A stretch of DNA of 64,000 nucleotides from Octopus sinensis. Taxonomy: Eukaryota. The notes beneath the pieces are model-generated. The model ran no database searches, was not told the origin of the DNA, and saw only the letters and a list, made by a program, of their open reading frames with translations. Position numbers and translations under genes: made by a program. Numbering within the stretch: the first letter of the stretch is position 1; the number at the start of each line of letters is the position of its first letter. Positions 37,642 to 51,380 of the stretch are shown here, piece by piece. The stretch covers positions 105,834,001 to 105,898,000 of the forward strand of contig NC_043005.1 in the NCBI RefSeq assembly GCF_006345805.1, written 5' to 3'.

Positions 37642-38160
37642 GAGTGAGAGAGCAGTTCATGCCATCAAAGTGACACTGGGGTAAAATATACGAAGCCCAA
37701 TATACCCATCATGACTACCCGTCTGATAAAGGTACACCAGGCACATGCATCACAACCATATGTGCGCGACATGGTGATCTCATATCAAGATAAACAGCAC
37801 ATGACCTTGCAGGTGGGGCCCAGTTAGAATTTTCTTCATTTTGAGTAGCCCATCCTGCTCAAACGGTCCCTGAATAAGGGTTGTTTAAGGATGTTGAAAG
37901 AACCACCCATGTTTCCAGAGGCGAATTATTCAAACCCCAAAGAATCCCTCTCAACACATGGCTATGATGCTCCCCCACTACTTCTGCTCGTGATCAGAGA
38001 TACACATATCGTCAGCCACTAAGGGACATGCTCAACTGGTTAAGGTCAAACAACTGACAAGCAAATCTGTGGTATTGAGCAGAATATTTGCTGTAGCCCA
38101 TCTTTTATACCAAGACAAAACAATGTACATGATAACAACAAAACAATGTACATGATAACA
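37641..38160. mobile_element. Unclassified (ATT)n-embedded element, copy 1
   Basis: Near-identical to 38246-38492; ends in a 23-bp tandem duplication at 38115-38160; (ATT)n on both sides. Confidence 0.75.
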
Positions 38161-38185
38161 TTATTATTATTATTATTATTATTAC

Positions 38186-38227
<42 letters not shown>

Positions 38228-38245
38228 TATTATTATTATTATTTT

Positions 38246-38492
38246 TGAGCAGTGTATGCCATCAAAGTGACACTGGGGTAAAATATACGAAGCCCAATAT
38301 ACCCATCATGACTACCCGTCTGATAAGGGTATACCAGGCACATGCATCACAACCATATGTGCGCGACATGGTGATCTCATATCAAGATAAACAGCACATG
38401 ACCTTGCAGGTGGGGCCCAGTTAGAATTTTCTTCAGGTTGAGTAGCCCATCCTGCTCAAAAGGTCCCTGAATAAGGGTTGTTTAAGGATGTT
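38246..38492. mobile_element. Unclassified (ATT)n-embedded element, copy 2 (shorter)
   Basis: Shares ~245 bp with copy 1. Confidence 0.75.
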
Positions 38493-38652
38493 TATCATCA
38501 TCATTATTATTATTATTATATTATTATTATTATCATCATCATCATTATTATTACTATTATTATTACTATTGTTATTATTATTACTCATGCTAGCATGGAG
38601 AACGGACGTTAAATGATGATGATGATGATGATGATGATTATTATTATTATTA

Positions 38653-38701
<49 letters not shown>

Positions 38702-38719
38702 CATTAAATATAGTAAGTG

Positions 38720-39290
38720 ATGCAAAATGGTTCAGACCCAAAGTGCTGATAAAGCAATGATGAGATTGAAACAGTGGACCACCTAATCTTGGGGTGTTAG
38801 GTTTTAACACTGATAGAGTATAAATCAAAACATGACAGAGCTGGCAAATATCTACACTGGAAAATATGTTGGCATTACAAAATCAAAACTGCCAATAAAT
38901 GGTACAAACACCACCCTGAGGCTGTGACTGAGGGAGAAAATGCAATGATTCTCTGGGATTTTCCAGTACAAAGCTAATAAACCAGATATTGCTGTGAAAG
39001 ACCAAAACAATAAAGTCTGGTTTTGATTGATGTGAGCATACTTTGTAATCATAATATCTCGGCAAAAGAATTTGATAAGGTAAGAAAATATAAACATTTG
39101 CTGATTGAAATTGAAAAGATGTGGCATCTCAAGGCAGTTACAATGCCGGTGATTGTAGGAGCACTTGGAATAATAAGAAAAAATGGAACTGAAAATTATT
39201 TGAGGATGATCCCTAGATTACCATCCATGCAGGAAGTACAAAATATTGTCTTAACTTGTACGTCACATGTATCAAGAAGAGCATTGTCGT
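38720..39290 (+). pseudogene. R4/Dong-like LINE C-terminus (CCHC + restriction-like endonuclease)
   Basis: DPKC..ETVDHLILGC...KHDRAGKYLHWKIC..KWYKHHPE..ILWDFPVQ..PDI..IDVSI..KEFDKVRKYKHL..PVIVGALG. Confidence 0.85.
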
Positions 39291-39597
39291 TGCAAATTTC
39301 TTTCCTTTTTTTCCCCGTCAATCTTTTCCACCATAAAATCTTTCGCCATGGCCACCATGCAGATAAAAACTGCCTGGACTCCCTGGTTAAAGGAAGGCTG
39401 TGGGATAATCTGCATGATGATTCATTTGATAGCTGGAGCTGTTCCCCATGTGACAGAAGGAGTTTTACATAAGCCCACTGTTCAGCATGCGGGCCTGTTT
39501 CATCACCATGTGCACATCTTAGACATGATGTCAATAATGTCCATTATAGGTACAAAGCCTGATGATGCAAGTCAGTGTACTATCATCAGCAACAGCA

Positions 39598-39959
39598 GGA
39601 GGCACAATGGCCCAGTGGTTAGGGCAGCGGACTTGCAGTCGGAAGATTGTGGTTTCGATTCCTAGACCAGGTGTTGTGTGTGTTTATTGAGCGAAAACAC
39701 CTAAAGCTCCACGAGGCTCTGGCAGGGTGGGTGACGACCCCTGATGTACTCTTTTGCCCCAACTTTCTCTCACTCTTTCTTCCTGTTTCTTGTCCCCGAC
39801 TTCCTACGCGACCACTGAGCCTGGATGTGCATTTATCTGTCGATGCTCTCAGTGTCGGGGGTTGACCTGCTTTCTCTTCTGCGGGACTTACGAATAGCAA
39901 AGGACCACGATTTGGACTTCTCCCACTGCGAGTTCTAGGATGAAGACCGCTTTGATCAA
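39598..39959 (+). mobile_element. SINE family D, 11-bp TSD
   Basis: tggcccagtggttaggg A-box, ggtttcgattcc B-box; TSD cagcaacagca at 39587-39597 and 39960-39970. Confidence 0.85.
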
Positions 39960-40328
39960 CAGCAACAGCATCAGTAACAGCATATCACAAAACAGTTGGA
40001 GCAGAAGCTTCAGGGAGCAAATGGACCTTGCAGAGTGATGGGAGATGAATGAATCACAACTGAAGGAATAGGATCAATGATAAAAAACTTTATGAAGTTG
40101 TTTGACTTGATAGAAATAGCAGTTAATTGTCCCTTCTGTCATACAAGAGCAATCTTATGAAAAAGGAAATATACATTAGATATTGATGTTCTATATACAC
40201 AAGCTTTTGAAAAATATGGGATGGTTGGGACTGAAAAATGCTTGATCATAGGGCTGCTTGTTCAGGTTGACCTCAAACAAGACAAAACAAAAAACAACAT
40301 AACAGTAATAATAATAATAATAATAATA

Positions 40329-40362
<34 letters not shown>

Positions 40363-41089
40363 CACAACAACAACAAGAAGCAGAACAACGGAAAGTATTT
40401 GTAATACGTATGGCTGTATAGGAATTAATGTTGAAGATTAAAAAAAAATTTATAATTTAAAACCTATCTTTTTTTTAGATGCTTTTGAAGACGGAAATAT
40501 ACAAAAATCAATAAAAATGGTAAAAACAGAAAATTAATAAATAAAAATACTAAAAAAATGTTTAAAGATGAAATCCTTTTCATTACTTGAAAATAAGATG
40601 GAGTAAAATAAAAAAAAAATATTAATGATAATAAAAATAAAAAAAATATTAATGATAATAAAAATATTAACAACAACAATAATAAAGAATATATTATAGA
40701 TATTGTGAAGCAAAATATGAAATATGATATATAAAATTAATAATAATAATAATAATAATGTTTTCTTAATTTATAAATATTGTAAAGTAAAATATAGAAT
40801 ATATAAGATGAAATGACTAAAAAATTATTATTATTATTATTAACAATAACAACAGCAACAACAATGATAACAGCAACAACATGATTCTGGAAAAGTGAAT
40901 AAACGGAAAGAAAATGGCAAAGCTTGTCTTTTAATGAATATCATAATTTGTTGTTCTGTTCATGAGGGATGTGTTTGGGCTTTAAAGAATTTTCTCAACA
41001 GTTTCTTTACCCTTGAAATATAGTCTTTCTTTGATGTTCTTCATTGATTCCGTTGTTGCTGTTGCTATTACTTATTGGTGGAGTTGGTG

Positions 41090-41780
41090 TTGGTACTAGT
41101 GTTGTTGTTGTTGTTGGTGGTGGTGGTGATGGTGTTGTTGATGTCAGTGTTGTTAGTGTTATGCTAGTGGTGTTGGCGTTGGTGTCAGTGCTATTGATAT
41201 TGTTGTTGATATCAGTGTTATCAAGGCTGGTGTTGATCCTGGTGGTGATGGCGGTGGTGGTGGTGGTGGTGGCGGTGGTAGTGGTGATGGTAGTGGTGAT
41301 GGTGGCTGTAGTGATGGTGGTGGTAGTGGTGCTGGTGGTGGTGGTGGTAGTGGTGATGGTTGTGGTGGTAGTGGTGGTGGTGGTGTTGGTGGTGGTAGTG
41401 GTGATGGTGGTGGCGGTGTTGGTGGTGGTAGTGGTGATGGTGGTGGCGGTGGTGGTGGTAGTGGCGGCAGCAGTGGTGGTAGTGGTGATGATGGTGGCAT
41501 TGGTGGCGGCAGTGGTGGTAGTGGTGATGATGGTGGCGGTGGTGGCGGTGGCAGTGGCGGCGGTGGTGGTGGTGGTTGTAGTGGTGGTGGTGGTGGTTGT
41601 AGTGGTGGTGGTGGTGCTGGTGGTGGTGTTGCTGGTACTGGTTCTTGTGTTATTGAAGTTAGTATTGACAATGTTGGCACTATTGGCACTGGTGTTGGTG
41701 CTCACAGTAGTGTTGTTGTTGTTGTTGCCGTTATTGTTACTTGTTGATGTAGATGGAATCATTTGCTGTTGATATTGGAA
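41090..41780. repeat. Degenerate (GGT/GTT)n trinucleotide array
   Basis: Source of the poly-V/T/P pseudo-ORFs. Confidence 0.95.
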
Positions 41781-42812
41781 CTGATGCTGTTGTAGCTGCT
41801 GTTACTTGTTGCTGATGTTGATGCCGCTGCCATTTTTAAAAATATAAAAAAAGTTTTATTATTGTAACAAAATGTTCTTACCAGAATTTCTTGCTGTTTG
41901 TTATTGTTCAGAGCAGCTGAGAAAAAACGTTGTGGAGAAGAGAAAACTTTAAAAGATTTACCATTTTCATATTTTAATATTTTTTACTTATAATCCTTTC
42001 ATTTATTTCTGTTTATATTTTTTGTCATATTTCATATTTAAAAACAAAATTTTTACTTTCGTCTTTGAGAATTCCATATATTTCATTTTACCATTTCTTT
42101 TCTTTATATTCTTCTTCTTCATCATCTGTCTTTTTATTTTTATTTTTTTCCCCTCAAATTCTTTCTTCTATTTCTTTCTCAATCTCCTTATTCACTTTTT
42201 ATTCTTTTCCCATTTCAATTTTTGTATTCAATTCATTCTTTTTCTTCTTTTTTTTTGCATTTTACCATTCCCTTTTTTCTTCTGGTATTTGTACATTATT
42301 CTTCTTTCAGTTTTCTTTTTTCCACTTCATTCTTTTTCATTTCTTTTTATTGTTACTTCTCTTGTCCAATATTTTTCATTTTACTGTATCTTTTTCTAAT
42401 ATTCCTCAGTCTTTTATGCCACCACCACCACCACCACCACCACCACCACAGTCACCACCATCACCACCACCACAACAACAATTATTTGTTGTTGCTGTTG
42501 TTACTGTTATTGTTGTTGTTCTTTTTCTTCTTCTTCTTCTTCCTCCTCCTCCTCCCGCTCTTCCTCCTTCTCTTCCTCCTCCCCATCCAACATTCCCTCC
42601 TTTACAGGTCAAAGCTCCTTCATCAGAATGTGCTGTTCATATTTTTCTTATATTAACAACACCAAAATTCTATCTTCCTTTTCATGTATCTCTTTTATTC
42701 TTCCCATTAGCTATTATTGTTGTTGTTGTCATCATCATCATCATCATCATCATTATTATTATTATTATTATTATTATCATTATTATTATTATTATTATTA
42801 TTATCATCATCA

Positions 42813-42858
<46 letters not shown>

Positions 42859-42906
42859 CATTATTATAATTATTATTATTATTATTATTATTATTAATAT
42901 TATTAA

Positions 42907-42960
<54 letters not shown>

Positions 42961-43534
42961 CATCATTATTATTTTATTATTATTATTAATGATAATAATA
43001 ATGATAATAATTTTATTATTATTGCATTCAATTATTTATAAAGAAAAAACCCAAAACAAACAAACACACGCAAAAAAACATCACTTAAAATATTTTCCTA
43101 CTAGTTCTTCATTTGAAACCTGAACACAAACACTATAAATGAAGTAAAATATGTTTTCATAAGTAAGATTATGGAAATTATTTTGGAAGAATTTGGAGAA
43201 GATATGTTCAAGAGAGAAATTCTGTTTGATATTCCGAATATTTTTACCTTTGTTTGGTCTCTATATTATTTTCCCTGTATTATTCTATTTTACCTGCTAA
43301 AGTAAGCTGTGGTGTTGTGGCTGAGTGGTTTAAGGTGTTCAACAGACTCGGGAATAACACAACAGTTCAAACCTTGATCAAACCTATTGGGAGAGTTATT
43401 GTCGAAGAGACCTGTCTTTTTGGACAAGTTGTGTATACTGTGTTGTGTGGAATACCATGTGAGCTGTGTAATATGCTGTGTAGTATGGTGTATATGTGTG
43501 GCAGGATATGTGATATATGATATATCACACACAC

Positions 43535-43759
43535 GGTGAGCTGGCTGAAATGTTAATGTGCTGGGCGAAATGCTTAGCCGTATTTCGTCTGGCGTTATGT
43601 TCTGAGTTCAAATTCCGTGGAGGTCGACTTTGCTTTTCCTCCTTTCGGGGTTGATAAATTAAGTACCAGTTATGCACTGGGGTTGATGTAATCGACTTAA
43701 TCCTTTGTCTGTCCTTGTTTGTCCCCTCTGTGTTTAACCCCTAGTGGGCAATAAAGAAA
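43535..43759 (+). mobile_element. SINE family A, near full length
   Basis: Head, core and gggcaataaagaaata tail. Confidence 0.85.
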
Positions 43760-44929
43760 TATATATGATATGTCTCACACACACACATGTGCTATGTTTC
43801 ATAGTAATAAATTCAGAGTATTCCACACTCTGAAGTAGAGCTTAAACAGTCTAACTTAATATACATGCTTGAACAGAGGCTCAAAATGAAATGAATGTGT
43901 GATTTTGCTTCATAGCTTCATGTCTCAAAGTTCAATCCAATGAGGAATCCTTCAGAGATGTGTCTTACACTATAGCTTTAGGCTTGTTAGTGGAGTTTGA
44001 AGAAGTCTGCCACAATGTGTGTGTGTGTGTGTGTGTGTGTATCATCATCATTTTAATATTTACATTTGTATGGTCACATGGGCCATACTGCCAATCCTAT
44101 ATTGGGGAGGCGACTATAGCTAATTTTAACAGTGTTGCTTTTGAAGACCTTATGGTATATGTATTAGTGTGGGAAGTGATGTATATATATATATATATAT
44201 AATGATAATAATAATATGTTTGTTCAATTGTTAGAGAGGTGGAGGTGGGGTGAGTGAGAGGTGGAGTAAGAGTGAGGGAAGGAGAAAGGGAGGAGTGAAG
44301 AAAGAAGAGAGGAAGAAGTAGAGAGAAGTGAGTAATATTGATACACTTAGGCCAAATAGTCACGTGGTCAGCTGAAGCTGGAGGTGAAGAATGAGAGAAA
44401 AAGATGATGAGGGAAAAAGAGGGAAAGAGAAGTGTTAATGTGTGGTGGAGTGATTAAAATGTTAGCTGAAGGGAAAGATAGAAGCTGAAGGGAAAGCTGA
44501 AGCGAGAGAGAGAGAGAGAGAGGTGGATGACGGTGGTGGTCGTAGTGGGTTGTTAGTGTAAAGTATTTCTTTTTATTGAACTAATTTGTTTTTATAGTGA
44601 CCATCACTTAAAGGATATGCATAAGTGCAATTAGTTGTCATCTGCTTGCTTAAAAAATTGATACTTGTTTATAAGGGTTAAGTTAGCCTAAGCTTCCCAA
44701 GAAAGGGTGCGCAGCTATAGAGCATGGATCAGAGAGGAACGGTGAGAAAATATAATAAGAAGTGGAAAAAGACAAAACCAATGGAGACTTGAAGAAATGA
44801 ATGTAGATGAATGTCAGGAATATTTAAAGAAAGCTAAACTATGAATGCTATAGAAATGCAAATCATCCTCTGTTTCTTAAATAGGTCCTTCATTTTTTCC
44901 ATTATGTGGAATTTCCATGGGCCCCACTA

Positions 44930-44967
<38 letters not shown>

Positions 44968-45277
44968 AAGGGTAAATTTTTAATTCATTAATCATTCAAA
45001 TCAAGCTTATGAATTCATGGGACCTTTCATTCACTACGGCTGTTTTGACCCATCGTGAGATGTTTGGGCAACTTTTTAAAAGTTGCCTTGTTTTCTAGTA
45101 ATTGTTTTACTTATTTCTATAATAATACATTTTGGTAATTGTAATGTACTATGTGCTCCATCTCAAGCTAATATATGATGAAGAATTTTTCTCATGTAAG
45201 AAAATTTACTTATGTGTGCATCACTAGACATCCCGCAAGTTGCTATGACCAGGGTTTGTTTGACCTTGAAATATCAG

Positions 45278-45443
45278 TTAACCCTTTTGGTACCAACCTG
45301 GCTGAAACCGGCTCTGGCTCTGAGTACAAATGTATTGTTTTCATAAGTTTTGAATTAAAATCTTCCACCAAACATTAGTCACAATTTATGTTCCTAACAC
45401 TACACAGAGCATCTCAAAATAAATGCAGTAATGAAAGGGTTAA
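45278..45443. mobile_element. piggyBac-like MITE, copy 2
   Basis: ttaa-cccttt ... aaaggg-ttaa; internal deletion differs from the 4298 copy. Confidence 0.85.
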
Positions 45444-45465
45444 GATGTTAATATCATTGCATTAA

Positions 45466-45696
45466 GGTGACGAGCTGGCAGAAACGTTAGCACGCCAGGC
45501 GAAATGCGTAGCTGTATTTCGTCTGCCGTTACGTTGCGAGTTCAAATTCCGCCGAGGTCGACTTTGCCTTTCATCCTTTCGGGGTCGGTAAATTAAGTAC
45601 CAGTTACGCACTGGGGTCGATGTAATCGACTTAATCCGTTTGTCTGTCCTTGTTTGACCCCTCTATACTTAGCCCCTTGTGGGCAATAAAGAAATA
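45466..45696 (+). mobile_element. SINE family A, full length, young, 16-bp TSD
   Basis: aatatcattgcattaa at 45450-45465 and 45697-45712. Confidence 0.92.
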
Positions 45697-45789
45697 AATA
45701 TCATTGCATTAACCATGACCTGCCAAACTTTTCCCAGTACCTGAAAACAACACCATTAAATGATTTGTTATCAGTGGTCTAATGCCTAT

Positions 45790-45940
45790 CCAGAGACCTA
45801 AATCCATTCCAGGTTTTCGGAAGAGTGGGGAAACAAAGTTTTACCACTGCATGTTATCTATGAATGGATAAAAATTTTCAAATATGGTTCCATTAATGTC
45901 ACATGTTGAGAAGGAAGTGGATGCCTGACCACCTCCTGCG
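45790..45940 (+). pseudogene. Mariner transposase N-terminal relic
   Basis: YEWIKIFKYGSINVT..GSGCLTTS (cf. YEW..RFK.G..SV.DE.RSGRP.TS). Confidence 0.45.
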
Positions 45941-46591
45941 CCAATAAAACCTGTGACATGGTTCTGTGACAACTTAATTGATGTTTCAAATTGAAATGTG
46001 CACCTTAGTGACTAAAGGGAGATGCATCTAACGATGCATGCACACATAATTTCCCCATCAATAGGACAAAAATCATGGTAAATGCATCATAGATAATTAA
46101 TGACTCACCTTCATATGTGTGCATGTATGTGTATGTATGTATGTATGTGTGTATGTGCACACACACACATACACACACATACACACACTTATAGCTAGCT
46201 TTTTTTTTGTTCTAAGCTTAGGAAAATATTATCTATTGCAGAATTTTTGTTTAACGTAACAGAGATGTGTAAAATGATAATGTTGATAATGTTTATGTAT
46301 ATATATCATGGCTTATGAAAACTCACACATACACACACAGAGTCAAAAACATATCTATAGACAGATATTTAAAAATTTTGTATTTGTTTATAATTTGTTT
46401 TATATCAGTCATCCACCTCTTCCTCCCACACCTCTACTCCTCCTCAGCCTCTTCCTCCTCCACCTCTTTCTCTTCTTCTACCTCCATCTTCTTCTCCTTC
46501 TTCTTCTTCTTCTTCTCCTTCTTCTTTACATGCATATGTGTGTTGATATTAGCCTGTGAATAAATACATATACATGTAAGTATGAATCATA

Positions 46592-46669
<78 letters not shown>

Positions 46670-47088
46670 TTTATACATGTAACTATATAAGCATGTTTGT
46701 GTGTGTATATATACATGTTTAATGCTTATATTTTAATTAATATCTCTAACATATCTTCTTGCATCCATCTCCTTCAGTCTCTCTCTGTCCTTCTCAAAAC
46801 ACACACACACACACTCGTACACATACAAACACATAGAATGCATAGAGCAACATACATAAGTTCGAAGTTACACACACGTATATTTGTCTGCAACATCAAT
46901 TCAGAACCATTAGACAAATTTTTTAATACAATTTTGTTCATACGCATACATATCTACACACACACACTTACACACACACAAACACACACGCGCGCACACA
47001 AACAAACACACACATACCCACATACATATACATATATATTTACCTCTATTATAATGCATATGTGTGTATGTATACACACACATAAATA

Positions 47089-47147
<59 letters not shown>

Positions 47148-47151
47148 ATAT

Positions 47152-47182
<31 letters not shown>

Positions 47183-47245
47183 GTGTGTGTGTATATATAT
47201 ATATATATTATTTTATTTTAACCTATTTTTAGCAAAGCAAATTAC

Positions 47246-47417
47246 TTGTACCACCACCATTGTAGATGCACCCCATTGCAGTTTTAATGACTTCGTATTT
47301 AGACACAACTTCTTTGAAGCTAAACACATGAGACATTTTGAGGTGTTTGATTTCTATGAGGAATTGTATGGCTGTTTTCATCTCCCTTTGAACAACTTCA
47401 ACAATAGCACTACACTC
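47246..47417 (-). CDS. Candidate host exon, product unknown (weak vWA-like end)
   Basis: ttacag acceptor, 57 open codons ECSAIVEVVQREMKTAIQFLIEIKHLKMSHVFSFKEVVSKYEVIKTAMGCIYNGGGT, gtaatt donor; non-repetitive sequence. Confidence 0.25.
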
Positions 47418-47845
47418 CTGTAATTTGATAATTACTCAGTACCATATGATGAGAGCTGGAACAGGATGTGATGAACATTATGATTATAACATAAACTTCA
47501 AACATTGTTTTATAAAATACATGCCATATGTTTAAATGACAGTGATACTATGTTTATAAATAGTGCAGAAATGTGAAGTGGATGGAAAGGATGAAGACTT
47601 TTATTCATTGGATATTCTGAATATATACCGTGAATAAACACATTTGTAAAGACACAGATGTATGTATATACACACACATGCAGACATAGAGTTGTTAATT
47701 TAAATAGCACAATGCAAAAGAGAAAAAACAAAAAAACAGTGAATAAATTAAAAACTTGAGAACATCTGGTTAACCAGCATCAAATAAATATCTCACAGAT
47801 CACAAAAATCAAGTAACATGCTCTAGACTAGCTTGCTGGTGCTGT

Positions 47846-48214
47846 TTGTTTGTTTGTTGAGTGAAGCGGTCTTTGTTCCAGTGGGAGAAGTCCGAAATGT
47901 GGTCCTTTGCTATTGTTAAGACCCGCAGAAGAGAAAGCAGGTCAACCCCCAACACCGAGAGCATCGACGGATGGATGAATGTGCATCCAAGCTCAGTGGT
48001 TACGTAGGAAGTCGGGGACAAGAAATAGGAAGAAAGAGTGAGAGAAAGTTGGAACGAAAGAGTACAACAGGGGTCGCCCCCCCCCTGCCGGAGCCTCGTG
48101 GAGCTTTAGATGTTTTTGCTCAATAAACACACATAAGGCCCGGTCTGGGAATTGAAACCACGATCCTCCGACCGCAAGTCCACTGCCCTAACCACTGGGC
48201 CATTGCGCTTCCTA
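47846..48214 (-). mobile_element. SINE family D, copy 2, 10-bp TSD
   Basis: Homolog of 39598; ctggtgctgt at 47836-47845 and 48215-48224. Confidence 0.85.
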
Positions 48215-49797
48215 CTGGTGCTGTCTCAAGTCTGTGTGCTAGAATTATAAGCTTCTGTCTTTAGTTTCTCAATATCCCTCTTGCTAACTTCCAAATGTGA
48301 TTGACTGCATGCATTTGTGTAAATGCTTGATTTCATGTACAAGTAATAATTACTGCTTCTGCTTTGCTAAAAGAATCAATAACAATTTAGCTCAACTGTA
48401 AATACCTACAGAGATCGTTATAGGATTTTCTATTGAATTGTAATAAATTGCAAACAGCTATATTTATTTAACTAAATTTATTAAATAATTATGTCTTAAT
48501 TATTCTGGGTGGTCTGTACTTACATAACACAGCTTAAATTATATATCCTAGTAAATCTGTATTACAGTTAATTTATAATTCTAAATTGGAGTTCATTTTG
48601 TAATTCTGTGGCTTCGTAATTCTCTAGTTCAGTAATATTTAATTCTGTAGTTTGGTAATCCCGTAGTTTTGTAATCTCTAATTCTATTGTTTGGTAATTC
48701 TGTTTATTTTATAATCTGTAATTTTGTATTTCTATTGTTCTGTATTTTTATTATTTTATAATTTTGCAATTCTCTAATTATTCGTATAGTTGCATATTTC
48801 TATGCTTCATTAAATCCACAATACTAAAGTTCTGCTATTCAGTGATACCATTCTTCTGTTATTCTGTGATTCTATTCTATTCTATGGGCATTTATAGTTC
48901 TTCAGGTCATGAGTTCTACAGAAATATATTTGTAGTTTTTCATTCCAATCGCTTTACCATTATCACATTATCATGTAACTAATATCCTGTTTTCAGTTTA
49001 GATAAAGTTTAACAGCATCTCTTCTTTTTAAGCTTAAACTTATCAGAAAGATAACTTCGAGAAGAGCTTATTACATACAGTTTATTGAAGACACTAGTTA
49101 TTGTGCTGCTTATTTTCATATAGGATAAAATCTAGAATACAAGAAAACTGGCGAGAATTTGTATTGGTGATAATAATAATAATTAACACAAAGTGGAGTT
49201 TCTTGAGTAATAACGACATCAGTTGCTGTTATTGTTTAGCCCCAGGTTACCCCTTGTTTTTCTTTTGTCCAGGGAACCTAGGACTGTATTATCTATTGTT
49301 AGTTTTTGTAAGAGGGTGTTATTTAAAGGAGATTTGGTTGTTATTTCTAATAGATTAAGTAACGTTATAGAAACTCCCTTGCTGACTCAGATAAATTCAT
49401 TTGCAGCGGAGAAGAAAAAAGACTAACATTTTGGGCTGCAGGCCATTCAAGAATTTTCCTATACCCAGCTGAAAGTGCTGGTGTCTTGCAATGTCAGTTT
49501 CTTCCGGTCCTTATGACAACCGATCTTTGGCAGATTCAATAAATTTTTCTTTGAATTTACGAATTATCTTAAATCCCACAGCACTAATTGCATTATTAGA
49601 GACAACAGACATAATTATCATACAATTATTATGCAATTAATCCCACAACACTAATTACATAAGGTGTAATTATCATACAATTATCATATAATTATACAAT
49701 TAATCTTGTAGTGCTAACAACACAATGAAATGAAACCATTAAATATATAATTATCATACAAGCATCAGACAATTAATTCTGTAGCACTAATAACTAT

Positions 49798-49945
49798 GTA
49801 AAGACAACATCAGACATAATTATCATATAATTATCATACACTAATGACATTGTAAAGACAACATCAGACATAATTATCATATAATTATTATACACTAATG
49901 ACATTGTAAAGACAACATCAGACATAATTATGATATATATATCAT
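49798..49945. repeat. 54-bp minisatellite, ~2.7 copies
   Basis: gtaaagacaacatcagacataattatcat... at 49798, 49852, 49906. Confidence 0.9.
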
Positions 49946-50074
49946 ACAATTAATATTGTAGCATTCTCTTCTCGTTAATGATATAGTGTTTCACAAGCAA
50001 ATGACAACAGAATAATTGTTGTATTGAACAACAACAACAGCAACAACAAAAAGATGGTTTCAATAACAACTACA

Positions 50075-50397
50075 TTACAGGTATTGTTGGGGCAAAGGGT
50101 TGACCATGGGATTGCATCTAGGGAGTTCCCCTTCGAGACACAAGCCTGGGCAAGTTTGGTTGTGGAAGACCAGTCTCTCCTTTCCCTGCCACTGATGTTG
50201 TCCAAGGGAAAGGCAAAGGGGCTGATACAGCTTGGCACCAGTGACATCACAACTCATTTCTACATCTGAGTGAATTGGAGCAATGTGAAATAAAGTGTCT
50301 TGCTCAAGGACAGAACACACAACCCAGTCTGGGAATCAAACTCACTACCTCGTGATTGTAAACCCAACACTCTAACCACTGCCCCATGTGCCTTCAC
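50075..50397 (-). mobile_element. SINE B head/core with alternative tail 3
   Basis: Head and core as at 10459; tail gtcactggtgccaagctgtatcagcccc... Confidence 0.75.
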
Positions 50398-50899
50398 GTG
50401 TTGGGGTAACATTTCTATAAATCCTACTGCTGTTGTTGCTGCTATTTAACCCAGGGTCAGCCTTGATTGAGCACACCTATGAACAAATATATTCCAGCCG
50501 TGACTATCCTGTATTTGAAGGGAATATCAGGTATATATTATCTAACCTGTCCTTTTCTTTCCTTTCTAAAGGTAGTAAGATGTTATCTGAGTGAGATTTA
50601 CCTCCTATTTCAAATAATTCAGGTAACTGCATATATGGACCTTGGTGATCCATTTTTTACAAATGGTTTGTAAACTTAGTATTATAGAACTTTGCTATTT
50701 GTTAATAATATACCTTATAAGATAGTCATAAAAGGAGAGGCAATGCCTATGACTTCTGTAGGAAAATATGGGAAGCAGGAAAAAAACTAGTTGCCTTGTC
50801 TGAATACTTTTAGCTCAGCAAACTTCATCAAAGGAGAGACAACAGTTTTACACTGGATGGAAGTAGTTAATACTCTTGTAATATTAGAAATATATATTT

Positions 50900-51333
50900 G
50901 CTTACTAAACTCGAATGTCCTGCTGACCACACATATACTACTGGCCTCATATATCCTACTGAACATACATGTCTTATTAATAAAGCTATTTCTCACATAT
51001 GTCCTATTTGACTCATGTCCTGTTGACTTCATACATCTTATTTACTATGCATGAACCTGTTACCAGATATGGCCTGTTTATCATACTAATTCATTTTCTG
51101 TTAATATTTACTCTTTTAATCTTTTACTTGTTTCAGTCATTTGACTGTGGCCATGCTGGAGCACCGCCTTTAGTCAAGCAGATCGACCCTATGACTTATT
51201 CTTTGTAAGCCTAGTACTTCTATCGGTCTCTTTTGCTGAACCACTAAGTTATGTACACACACCAGCATCGGTTGTCAAGCGATGTTGAGGGGGACTAACA
51301 CAGACACACAAACGTATACACATGCACACATAC

Positions 51334-51380
<47 letters not shown>

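Noticed and set aside
40463-40503. Possible 41-bp plus-strand exon DAFEDGNIQKSIKM
   Set aside because: Splice-like signals are common in AT-rich DNA; no recognisable product or partner exon
45722-45742. 21-bp micro-exon GTGKSLA (Walker A-like), minus strand
   Set aside because: Weak donor (gtcatg), no supporting exons, too short
3324-48214. tRNA-like sequences (3324, ~10720-10785, 11762, 39598, 43311, ~48150-48214) as tRNA genes
   Set aside because: A/B boxes are present but there is no complete cloverleaf; most continue into SINE bodies, several with TSDs
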